Below are positions 46,236 to 55,508 of a stretch of 64,000 nt of DNA, in pieces; position 1 is the stretch's first letter; each line of letters starts with the position of its first letter. The DNA lies in contig JAFARE010000029.1 of NCBI GenBank assembly GCA_019245575.1, positions 4,158 to 68,157 on the forward strand, written 5' to 3'. The notes under the pieces are model-generated. The model made no database searches and had not been told where the DNA came from. It saw nothing but the letters and a program-made list of their open reading frames with translations. The stretch is from Candidatus Dormiibacterota bacterium (GTDB lineage Bacteria > Chloroflexota > Dormibacteria > Aeolococcales > Aeolococcaceae). Position numbers and translations under genes: made by a program.

Positions 46236-47234
46236 GTGGCCACCCGCTCCACCTACCTGCAGCGCGCCCGCGACGAGCTGTGGAGCCGGGAGGTGTTCAC
46301 CTTCATCCCGGACCGCGACCTTCCGCCCCCCGAGGGCACCGCCGAGGCGGGCGATGGACCGGCGGTGGTCTTCACCGGGTTCCCATCCGATTACAGCCTC
46401 GCATTCCTTCTCGCCCTGCTCGAACTCGACGTCCGTGTCGTGGGGATCGTCACGTCTCCTGGCGCACATCCCGCCATCCTTGGCGACAACGCCCTGAGCC
46501 GCATCGCGGACCACCTCGGCATCGCGCTGCTGCGCGCCTGGCGGATCAATGACGAGCACTCGCGCATGCACCTCGCCGCCCTGCAGCCCGAGGCCGTCGT
46601 TATGGCCAGCTTCGACCAGATCGTGGGGCATCGCACACTGGAGATCCCGCGCGAGGGCTGGCTGAACATCCACCCGAGCCTGCTGCCGCAGTACCGTGGG
46701 CCCGAGCCGGTGTATTGGGCGATCGCCGAAGGCGCCCAGGAGACCGGCATCACGCTGCATCGCGCGGCTCCCAAGGTGGACTCCGGGCCCGTCTACGCGC
46801 AGGCTCGCGTCCCCGTCGATCCCGATGAGACGTCGGGGTCTCTCACTCGCAAGCTCGTTGCCGCGGGCGTTGAGGTGCTGCCCGCCGCGCTGCACAAGCT
46901 TCTCGCCGGCGATCCGGGATCGCAGCTCGACATGTCCGCCGCCTCCTATCGCACGTCGGTTGGGCACCGCCTGCTGACCAGCGCACGCTCCGCAACCGAG
47001 GCTGAGCGGATGGTGCGCGCCGGCGTGCCCAACATGCTGGCGTGGGCGCAGCTGGACGGACATGTCGCCTACGTGTGGAAAGCCCGCCTGGTGAGCAACG
47101 GCAATCCCGCACGTCTGCCGGTGCTCAAGTTCCCCGACGGCAGCCTGCAGATCCTTGAAGCGTCTGACAGTTGTGGCTGCCATCACGACGTGCTGGACTG
47201 CCCACACCGCGGGGGCGACGTCGCGAGCCTGTAG
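46236..47234 (+). CDS. Formyltransferase family protein (Fmt/ArnA-like)
   Basis: NIHPSLLPQYRGPEP, ETGITLH, VDSGP. Confidence 0.85.
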   Translation: MATRSTYLQRARDELWSREVFTFIPDRDLPPPEGTAEAGDGPAVVFTGFPSDYSLAFLLALLELDVRVVGIVTSPGAHPAILGDNALSRIADHLGIALLRAWRINDEHSRMHLAALQPEAVVMASFDQIVGHRTLEIPREGWLNIHPSLLPQYRGPEPVYWAIAEGAQETGITLHRAAPKVDSGPVYAQARVPVDPDETSGSLTRKLVAAGVEVLPAALHKLLAGDPGSQLDMSAASYRTSVGHRLLTSARSATEAERMVRAGVPNMLAWAQLDGHVAYVWKARLVSNGNPARLPVLKFPDGSLQILEASDSCGCHHDVLDCPHRGGDVASL

Positions 47235-47280
47235 CGATGCTGGCGCTTTTCCCGGCTGCGGGTATGATTCGCGCCAGGGA

Positions 47281-47727
47281 ATGCCAGCTGCCGCTCCTCG
47301 CGTTCTCCTTGTGGAGGACGACGACGCCGTACGCGGCTTCCTCGGCCGGGCGCTCGAGAGGGGCGGCTGGGAATCAACGGGTGTGCGCACCGGAGAGGAA
47401 GCCTTTGAGATCGTGCACGCCGACTCGTCCATCGGTGCGGTGCTGATCGACGGGCTGCTGCCTGACATGCACGGCGTGCGCGTGGCGCACCGCCTGCTCG
47501 ACGATCCCGCCGCCAAGCGCATCGGCATCGGTTTCATCAGCGGTGCCATCCGTGAGCACCAGCCCGCCGAGTCGGGCATCGCGGCACTGAGCAAGCCGGT
47601 GCGTCTGCCCGACCTGCTGGCCACCGTGCAGGCCCTGCTGGACTGGCACGAATACGGCACCGACGACACCGACACGAGGCGGAGCGTGGTCAAGCGCTTC
47701 GAGCAGGGCTTCCTCGTCGGCCCCTGA
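47281..47727 (+). CDS. Stand-alone response regulator receiver
   Basis: LLVEDD, LIDGLLPDMHG, SKP; TATGAT -10 upstream. Confidence 0.88.
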   Translation: MPAAAPRVLLVEDDDAVRGFLGRALERGGWESTGVRTGEEAFEIVHADSSIGAVLIDGLLPDMHGVRVAHRLLDDPAAKRIGIGFISGAIREHQPAESGIAALSKPVRLPDLLATVQALLDWHEYGTDDTDTRRSVVKRFEQGFLVGP

Positions 47728-47751
47728 GCCCCGCGTGGCACCATCAGCCGC

Positions 47752-48162
47752 GTGAGCGAGGCTTCGCCGCTGTCGCAGCTGCCCTATCAGGTCACGCACC
47801 AGGAGTTCCTGCGCACCGCGGGATCGGTCGCAGAGGGCGGCGCATGCTGCGTTTTCGTCATAGATGACGCGATCCCGGCCGCGGCCCGGGCCGGCTATGC
47901 GGGGCTGGTCATCGCCTTCGCGCGCGCCGACGAGCCGGTGTACATCCCCGACGACGGCAGCGCCACATTGCTGATCCGCGCCGGCGGCGTGGACGCCGGC
48001 AGGATCGCCGCCGGCCGCGTCATCGGTCAGCTGCGACGGTTCGCCCTGCATCAGACGCTTCGCGCGGCCGTCGCGCCGCTCGACGCGGACGCGGACGCGG
48101 CGGTGGCGCGGGCGCGGGCCGCCGCGGAGAGCGCACCGCCGGGCGACGTCGTCCTCGGCTGA
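47752..48162 (+). CDS. Hypothetical protein, possibly a degenerate GGDEF-like fold
   Basis: ORF fills the operon space; residue pattern loosely resembles GGDEF topology without the motif. Confidence 0.55.
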   Translation: MSEASPLSQLPYQVTHQEFLRTAGSVAEGGACCVFVIDDAIPAAARAGYAGLVIAFARADEPVYIPDDGSATLLIRAGGVDAGRIAAGRVIGQLRRFALHQTLRAAVAPLDADADAAVARARAAAESAPPGDVVLG

Positions 48163-48198
48163 CCGCCGGCACTCTCCCCGGGCAGATAAGCTGGGTCG

Positions 48199-49092
48199 AT
48201 GCCGCAGCCGCTGCTGGAACGCATCGCGCGCAGTCAGAACTGGCTGGAACCCACGGCCGACTGGCTGCAGAAGCTCGTCACCGGAATCTACTCGGGCCTC
48301 GGAGGATCCGGCCGGCAGCTCAAGAGCCTGCTGAACGGCACCTTCATCCTTCGCCATCCGCTCCATCCCGCCCTCACCGACGTGCCGATCGGCGCGTGGA
48401 CGGTCGGCGTCATCGCGGATTACGCGGCGCACTTCACCAGCCGCATCCCGGAGTCGGCCGGCGACATCGCCCTCGCCGTCGGCCTCATCGTCGCTCTGGC
48501 AGCGCTGATCACCGGCTACACCGACTTCATGGACACACTCGCGCTGGAGCGGCGCTTCGCCACGGCGCATGGACTCACCATGACGCTGGTCATCGCAATC
48601 GACGCGGTGTCGATGTTCCTGCGCTGGTTCGCCGGCGCGGGCGCGCACCCCGTCGCCGTGGCGCTGTCGACCGTCGGCTGGGTGCTAGTCCTCGTGGGTG
48701 CCTGGTACGGCGGCCACGTCGTGTTCGGCACCGGTTACGCGGTCAACCGTGAAGCGTTCCTGGACGGCCCCAGCGACTGGGCCGACGCCGGCGCTGCGGC
48801 CGACATCCCGGTCGCCGGTCTCCACGTTGCCGAGGCCGGCGGCATGCAGGTGCTGCTGGTGCGCGAAGGCGCACGGATCTGCGCGCTCTCCGACGTGTGC
48901 TCGCACGCGGGCGGCCCGCTGCACGAGGGCACACTCCAGAACGGGATCGTGCAGTGTCCATGGCACAGCTCGCGGTTCCGCATCCGCGACGGGCGCGCCG
49001 TCGGGGGGCCCGCCACCTTCGATCAGCCGGTGCTCGAGGTGCGCGAGGTCGACGGCCGAGTCATGGTGAAGCTGGAGTCGCCGCTGCACTGA
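48199..49092 (+). CDS. DUF2231-like membrane domain fused to a Rieske [2Fe-2S] domain
   Basis: HPLHPALTDVPIGAW; CSHAGGPL and CPWHSSRF. Confidence 0.92.
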   Translation: MPQPLLERIARSQNWLEPTADWLQKLVTGIYSGLGGSGRQLKSLLNGTFILRHPLHPALTDVPIGAWTVGVIADYAAHFTSRIPESAGDIALAVGLIVALAALITGYTDFMDTLALERRFATAHGLTMTLVIAIDAVSMFLRWFAGAGAHPVAVALSTVGWVLVLVGAWYGGHVVFGTGYAVNREAFLDGPSDWADAGAAADIPVAGLHVAEAGGMQVLLVREGARICALSDVCSHAGGPLHEGTLQNGIVQCPWHSSRFRIRDGRAVGGPATFDQPVLEVREVDGRVMVKLESPLH

Positions 49093-49123
49093 GCCGCTGC
49101 GCGCGTCGCTAGAGTGCGTCGCG

Positions 49124-51169
49124 ATGGCACGGCGGATCCTGGTGGCGACCGACCTGTCCGACACGGCGTCGGAAGCCGTGCGCTGGGCCGCCGACAGCGC
49201 CAGGCGCGACGCCGCCGAGCTCGTGCTGCTGCGTGTCGCGGCACCCGAGCACCCGGATGCGGCGGCTTCGACCGAGGATGTGCATCCGCTGCCGGACTCA
49301 CAGCTCACGTCGATTGCGCAGGAGCTCGCGGGCAAACGTGGCCGCGGCCTGGTTGTCGCCTCCGCGGACGCGGCTGAGGCGATCGTTCACGTCGCCGAAC
49401 AGGAGCGCGTCGACCTCATCGTGTGCGGCAACGTGGGCATGCGCGGGCGCAAGGAGTTCCTGCTGCACAACGTGCCCAACCGCGTGTCGCACATGGCGCG
49501 CTGCAGCGTCGTGCTGGTGAACACGGCGGGCGAGGGTGAGGATGGGCACCGGCCGCACTTCCACCGCCACCGGCCCGCGCCGCATGTGGCGGCCGATCCG
49601 GAGCAGTACGAGGGACAGATGCTCGGGCGCGCAGCCGAGATCGGACGTGTCGTCGCCGCGCTCGGCGTGCGCGAGGCGTTCACGGCGCGGCGGCACCACG
49701 ACCTCGCCCGCGAGGCACAGCTCCTGCGCGCGTCGCTGGAGAAGCTCGGGCCCACCTTCGAGAAATTGGGTCAGATGCTGTCCACCCGCCCCGATCTCCT
49801 GCCCCGCTAGTTCATCGCAGAGCTCGAGACGCTGCAGGACGACGTCCCGCCGCTCACGCAGGCGGAAGTCGTGCGCGTCATGGAGGAGGAGCTGCACGTC
49901 CCCTGGGAGGACGTGTTCGAGAGCATCGAGCCGCAGCCAATCGCCGCGGGAACCATCGCGCAGGTGCATCGGGCCGTGCTCGCCGGCGGCGACCACGTCG
50001 TGGTGAAGGTGCAGCGCCCCAGCGCGGAGGAGGAGATGGGCAAGGACCTCGCGCTGCTGCAGCTGTTCGGCCAGCGCGCGCGCGGCCGCGTGGGTTTCGA
50101 GCAGATCGTCGACCTGCCCGCGATCATCGACTCGCTGACGGAGTCACTGCAGCGCGAGCTCGACTTCACGCAGGAGGCGCACAACCTGGAGCGGATGCGC
50201 GAGGTGCTGGAGCCGTTCAGCCGCCTCGACGTCCCCCGCGTCTACGGCGACTACTCGACGCACCGTCTCCTCGTGATGGAGGATGTCGAAGGCGTGCCGC
50301 TGCTTGAGTCGGAAGCGTCAGCCGAGCGCAACGAGGCAGCGATCCAGCTCGTCGAGTCCTACTACCAGCAGGTGCTCACCGCGGGCTTCTTCCACGCCGA
50401 TCCGCACCCGGGAAACCTGATGTGGTGGAACGACAAGATCTACATGCTCGACCTGGGCATGGTCGGCGAGATCGACGATCCGACCCGGGAGCTGCTCGGC
50501 TTCCTGCTCCTGGCGTTCTGGCGCGAGGACGTCGCCTTCCTTGCCGACGTGATCCTGATGCTGGCGGAACGACACGGGTCGGTGCAGGAGGAGGCATTCC
50601 ACGCGGAGCTCGGCGACTTGGTGCAGCGCTACCGCCATCTCGCGCTGGAGCAGTTCCGCATGGGCGCCATGCTGCAGGACCTCACCGAGCTCTGCGTGCG
50701 TCACGGGATTCGCATGCCCGCGTCACTCGCGCTCATCGGCAAGGCGCTGGGACAGATGCAGCTGGCCGCGGCGAGCGTCGACCCCGGCATCGACCCGTTC
50801 GCGGTGGCGGGGCGGTTTTTCACGCGGCGTCTCACCACCAACGTGCGCGACATGCTCGGCCCACACCGCCTCTTCTACAACGCGCAGAAGGTGCGCCTGC
50901 GCGTCAACAGCCTGCTCGCGTCACTGGAGAAGCTCACCGGCGCGCGTCCCGGGTTCGAGCCGCGCGTGGTCTTCAGCGGAACCGAGCGGCTGGAGAACAC
51001 GATCCGGCGGGCCGCGCGGCGACTGGCGCTCTCATTCGTCGGCACCGGCGCGTTCCTGGTGTGCGGGCTCACCGCCAGCTTCGGTCACGTGGCGCCGTGG
51101 GTCACCGCGTTGTTCGGCGCCGTGGGCGGCCTCTTCGCCGCAGTCTTCCTGATCGACCTGCTCCACTGA
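49124..51169 (+). pseudogene. Universal stress protein fused to an ABC1/UbiB/AarF kinase, interrupted by an in-frame TAG at 49808-49810
   Basis: ILVATDLS...GNVGMRG (USP); LGPTFEKLGQMLSTRPDLLPR*FIAELETLQD, VVKVQRP, FHADPHPGN, LDLG all in one frame. Confidence 0.85.
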
Positions 51170-51181
51170 CCTGCAGCGCGC

Positions 51182-51367
51182 CTAGCGGCGCGCGAAGACG
51201 CGGCGCAGGCGTCGGTCGAGCACGGCCGCGATCACCGACATGATCGAGCCGAGCACCAGCCGCTCGACGCGGCAGCGCAGCGAGCGCCGGCGCCTGGCCG
51301 CCACCGCCGCCGACTCGGCCTCCCCACTCACGGTGCGCATCGTGACACGCGCCCGGTCACCGCTCAA
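51182..51367 (-). CDS. Small basic hypothetical protein
   Basis: Overlaps the treZ stop; one hydrophobic helix; start may be 51340. Confidence 0.4.
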   Translation of the reverse strand: MSGDRARVTMRTVSGEAESAAVAARRRRSLRCRVERLVLGSIMSVIAAVLDRRLRRVFARR

Positions 51368-53103
51368 GCGCCGGTCGCCGGCGCCTCACCCCACACGGCG
51401 ACGGAGTCGGGGACGAGCGTCCACGCGGTCTCGTTGAGGACCGGCTGGGAGACGAGCATCAGCGGCCGGCCGGCCGCCTCGCGCACGGTCAGCGCATCGC
51501 CGCCCAGGTTGCACGCAACCAGCAGCCCGGCGACCTCGAGAAAGAGCGCGCGACGGGTGTTGTCGCACCACGACCGCACGGATGACGGGAAGCAGTCGCC
51601 CAGCGCCAGCGCGCGGCGCAAGGCGATCAGCGCGCGATACCACCGCAGCATCGCGTCATGCTCCGGCTCCCCAACCTCGTCCCAGCGCAGCTTCGACCGC
51701 TCGAAGGTCGCGACTGCCTGCGGGTCCGGGACGTCCTCGGGCCTCCAGCCGAACTCGCGAAACTCGCTGCGGCGCCCCTCGCTCACCGCGCGCTGCACCT
51801 GGGGATCGCCGAAGTCGGTGAAGTACTGGAACGGCGTGCCCGCGCCCCACTCCTCGCCCTGAAACAGCAGCGGCACCGACGGCGCCAGCAGCGTGAGTGC
51901 GGCGGCGATGCGCATGCGCCCGGGGGTCACGAGCGCGTTCAGCCGGTCACCCGCGGCGCGGTTGCCGACCTGGTCGTGGTTCTGCGCATACCCCACGAAG
52001 CGCGCCAGGGGCATCTCGCCGATCGAGCGGCCGAAGCTGCGGCGCCGGAAATGCGAGTACTGACCCGTGTACACGAACGCCTGACGCAGCGCGGTGGCGA
52101 CGTCGTCGAGCGAGCCGAAGTCGAGGTAGTAGCCGTTGCGCTCGCCGCTGAGAGCGGCATGCAGCGCGTGATGGAAGTTGTCGTTCCACTGCGCGTGCAG
52201 CCCATAGCCTCCCAGACGCCGCTCCGACACCAGCCGTGGGTCGTTGGCGTCGCTCTCCGCGATGATCCACAGGTCCCGTCCCAGTTCGTCGCCCAATGCC
52301 TCAACGCGCGTGGCCAGCTCCTCGAGGATGTGCGTGGCGGAGGTGTCGGTGATGGCGTGCACCGCGTCCAGGCGGAGGCCGTCGCAGTGGTAGTCGCGCA
52401 GCCACATGAGGGCGTTGTCCACGATGAACTCGCGCACCCAGTCGCTGTCCTCGCCATCCAGGTTGAACGCCTGTCCCCACGGCGTCGCGTACCGGTCGGT
52501 GAAGTACGGCGCGTACGAGCCCAGATAGTTGCCCTCCGGCCCGACGTGGTTGTAGACGGCGTCGATGACGACGGCGAGTCCTCGCGCGTGGCACGCGTCG
52601 ACAAGCTGCTTCAGACCGTCGGGGCCGCCGTACGCGCTGTGCGGCGCGAAGAGATCGACCCCGTCGTAGCCCCAGCCGCGCGACCCTGCGAACTGCGCCA
52701 TCGGCATCAGCTCCACCGCGGTGACGCCGAGATCGCGCACATGGTCGAGACGCTCGATGGCGGAGGCGAATGTGCCCTCTGGCGTGAAGGTTCCGACGTG
52801 CAACTCATAGATGACCGCGTTGCGCAGGGGCGAGCCGTGCCACCCTGCATCCGTCCACGGGAATGCGCTGTGGTCGACCAGCTGCGACAGCCCGTGCACG
52901 CCGTCGGGCTGCGCGGGCGACCGTGGGTCGGGCAGCGGATCGCCGCCGTCGATGCTGAAGCCGTAGCGATCGCCAGGCGCGGCGCTCTCGACGGCGAGCT
53001 CCCACCATCCGCCGTCACCGACGCGCATGTCGCTCTCCTCGCCGTTGTGATGCAGGCGGACGCGCTGCGCGGCGAGGGCCCACACGCGAAAGGTGTGACT
53101 CAT
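51364..53103 (-). CDS. treZ: Malto-oligosyltrehalose trehalohydrolase
   Basis: YELHVGTF, WGYDGV, GLRLDAVH, QNHDQVGNR, LFQGEEW. Confidence 0.96.
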   Translation of the reverse strand: MSHTFRVWALAAQRVRLHHNGEESDMRVGDGGWWELAVESAAPGDRYGFSIDGGDPLPDPRSPAQPDGVHGLSQLVDHSAFPWTDAGWHGSPLRNAVIYELHVGTFTPEGTFASAIERLDHVRDLGVTAVELMPMAQFAGSRGWGYDGVDLFAPHSAYGGPDGLKQLVDACHARGLAVVIDAVYNHVGPEGNYLGSYAPYFTDRYATPWGQAFNLDGEDSDWVREFIVDNALMWLRDYHCDGLRLDAVHAITDTSATHILEELATRVEALGDELGRDLWIIAESDANDPRLVSERRLGGYGLHAQWNDNFHHALHAALSGERNGYYLDFGSLDDVATALRQAFVYTGQYSHFRRRSFGRSIGEMPLARFVGYAQNHDQVGNRAAGDRLNALVTPGRMRIAAALTLLAPSVPLLFQGEEWGAGTPFQYFTDFGDPQVQRAVSEGRRSEFREFGWRPEDVPDPQAVATFERSKLRWDEVGEPEHDAMLRWYRALIALRRALALGDCFPSSVRSWCDNTRRALFLEVAGLLVACNLGGDALTVREAAGRPLMLVSQPVLNETAWTLVPDSVAVWGEAPATGA

Positions 53104-55508
53104 GGCGCGAGCACCAGGAGCGCCACCGGGAACTCGTGCAGCAGCTCGCCGAGGCCCACCCGGCCCCCGGTGATGCCGTCACCGGTGAGCGCGTTGCGCC
53201 ATGTGCCGCCCGGAATCTCCAGGGAGGTGTCAGCCCAGTCGCCATGCACCGAGTGGGCCAGGCGCACGGCTACAGTGACAACGCCTGCACTCGCGCCGTG
53301 CTCGCCGCGCGCATAGGCGACCACGTGCCCCGCCCGGGCGCCGTCTGCGAGCAGCGGCTGGTACCACGAGCGCTCGCCGAACACCGGGGGCCGCTCGGCG
53401 CGCACGCGCAGCGCTGTGCGGATCAGATGGAGCTTGGGCACGCCCTCGGCCGCGCGCTGCATGATCTGCGCTCCGCTCAGCCCGTCCAGCTCGCGCAGCA
53501 GGCGGCGGCGCAGCTCGTAGTCGACCGGCGTGCGGTTGTCGGGGTCGACCAGCCGCAGATCCCACAGCTCGCTTCCCTGGTAGATGTCAGGGACGCCCGG
53601 GCTCGTCAGCTTGAGCAGCGTCTGCGACAGCGACGCCACCTGCCACTCCGGAGTTATGGAATCGACAAGTCCTTGCACCTCGACGCTGATCGATGCGTGG
53701 TTGACGACTCCGCGGACGAACGTGTCCAGAGCCGCCTCGTAGGACGAATCGGGGTCGAGCCAGCTCGTCTCCCGCTTGGCTTCGCGAGCGGCCTTGAGCA
53801 GGTATGCGCAGGCCCGGTCCGCATCGAGAGGATGCGCGCCGACCAGCGTCTGATACAGCAGATATTCGGCGGAGCGCGACGGTGCTCCCTCGCTGCGGTA
53901 AGGAGCAGCCCACTCACTCCATCGCCGCACCGCGTCCATCCACGCATCCGGCATCTCCGAGAGCATCACGATGCGCACCCGGGCGTCCTCACCCCGCTTC
54001 GTGTCGTGCGTGGACGTGGCGAGGAGCGTCAGCGGCCGGCGTCTCGCGATGCGAACGGCGGAGGCATGCAGATCGGTCACGCCATCCACATGGCAGGGAT
54101 CCGAGCCCACCTCGTTCAGCGAGACCAGAGGCACGTCGCGATAGAAGGCGGTGTCCTCCACACCCTTCGCCATCACCGCCGAGCTCACCTGCTGGAAGCG
54201 GGTGCGCAACTCGACGGCCGCGTCAACAAGCGTGCCGTCGCCGGCGAGCACGCTCACCAGCGCGTCGAGACGATCTTCGTCGCACCGGCCCGACGAGCGC
54301 GCCGACGTGACGGCCTGGTCCAGCACCCGCCGGTCGGCTTCGCGCAGCCCGTCCGCGCGAGACGGATACATCCGGTACACCGGCATGCCGCAGAGCAGCT
54401 CTTCCAGCTCAGCTGCTGCGCCGGGGATGTCCGCTGCCTCCGCCGCACGCGTGAGCCGTCCCAGCTCGGACTGCAGCAGCTCCCTCAGGACCGCGCGACG
54501 TGAGTCGTACGACACATGCGCGAAGCCGCCGTCGTCGCCGGCGAACGCCGCATACGCGGCCCGCATCGCGCGCAGGCCTCGGTCATCGATGCCGAGCGCT
54601 CCGGCACGCTCGATGAACTCGTACCCCGTCGTTCCCGCGACATCCCAGCCCTCGGGCAGCTCCTCATCTGCTGCGAGGATCTTCTCCACCACGATCCAGG
54701 CGTCGGGCGCTGCGCGGCGGAGCCGCGCGAGATACCCGCCCGGATCGCGCAGGCCGTCGACGTGGTCCACGCGGAGACCATCCACGACCCCGTCGCTCAC
54801 CAGCCGCAGGACGCGCTCGTGCACAGCGTCGAACACGCGCGCATCCTCGACGCGCACGCCAGCGAGCGAAGCGATGTCGAAGAAGCGCCGGTAGTTGATG
54901 CGGCGCAGTCCTGTGCGCCAGTGCTCGAGCACGTAGTGCTGCCGCTGCAGCAGGGTGAGATCGACCGCGGCTGCATCGCCGGCGTCAGCGTCGCGCAGCG
55001 GAAAACGCGTCTCGAAATAGCTGAGCTCGGGGCCGCGGGCACCCGGCTCGAGGCGCAGCTCGCCCTTCGCCAGCACGGTTTCGAGCGGATCGCCCAGCAC
55101 GGGCAGCAGGACCCGGCCCTCCAAACCGGGAGCCTCCCACTCGACGTCGAAGAAGTCCGCGTACGGGCTGGCCCGCCCCTGACGAAGCACATCCCACCAC
55201 CACCGGTTGAGCGGTGAGCTCACGCACATGTGATTGGGCACGATGTCGAGCAGCTGTCCCATCCCGTGCGTGCGCAGCGCCCCGTCCAGCAGCCCGAGCC
55301 CCTCCTCCCCGCCCAGGTCGTCGCTCACATGCGTGGGATCCACCACGTCATAGCCGTGCGTGCTCCCGGGCGCCGCCTGCATGTACGGCGAGCAGTACAG
55401 GTGACTCACACCCAGCGCAGCGAGATACGGGATGATCTGCGTTGCCGCCGCGAAATCGAACTCAGCGCGCAGCTGCACGCGGTACGTGCAGCGGGGTTGC
55501 GTCCTCAC
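53100..55508 (-). CDS. treY: Malto-oligosyltrehalose synthase
   Basis: TYRVQL, GSTHGYDV, NYRRFF, RVDHVDGL, TSTHDTKR; GTGA overlap with malQ. Confidence 0.96.
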   Translation of the reverse strand: MRTQPRCTYRVQLRAEFDFAAATQIIPYLAALGVSHLYCSPYMQAAPGSTHGYDVVDPTHVSDDLGGEEGLGLLDGALRTHGMGQLLDIVPNHMCVSSPLNRWWWDVLRQGRASPYADFFDVEWEAPGLEGRVLLPVLGDPLETVLAKGELRLEPGARGPELSYFETRFPLRDADAGDAAAVDLTLLQRQHYVLEHWRTGLRRINYRRFFDIASLAGVRVEDARVFDAVHERVLRLVSDGVVDGLRVDHVDGLRDPGGYLARLRRAAPDAWIVVEKILAADEELPEGWDVAGTTGYEFIERAGALGIDDRGLRAMRAAYAAFAGDDGGFAHVSYDSRRAVLRELLQSELGRLTRAAEAADIPGAAAELEELLCGMPVYRMYPSRADGLREADRRVLDQAVTSARSSGRCDEDRLDALVSVLAGDGTLVDAAVELRTRFQQVSSAVMAKGVEDTAFYRDVPLVSLNEVGSDPCHVDGVTDLHASAVRIARRRPLTLLATSTHDTKRGEDARVRIVMLSEMPDAWMDAVRRWSEWAAPYRSEGAPSRSAEYLLYQTLVGAHPLDADRACAYLLKAAREAKRETSWLDPDSSYEAALDTFVRGVVNHASISVEVQGLVDSITPEWQVASLSQTLLKLTSPGVPDIYQGSELWDLRLVDPDNRTPVDYELRRRLLRELDGLSGAQIMQRAAEGVPKLHLIRTALRVRAERPPVFGERSWYQPLLADGARAGHVVAYARGEHGASAGVVTVAVRLAHSVHGDWADTSLEIPGGTWRNALTGDGITGGRVGLGELLHEFPVALLVLAP

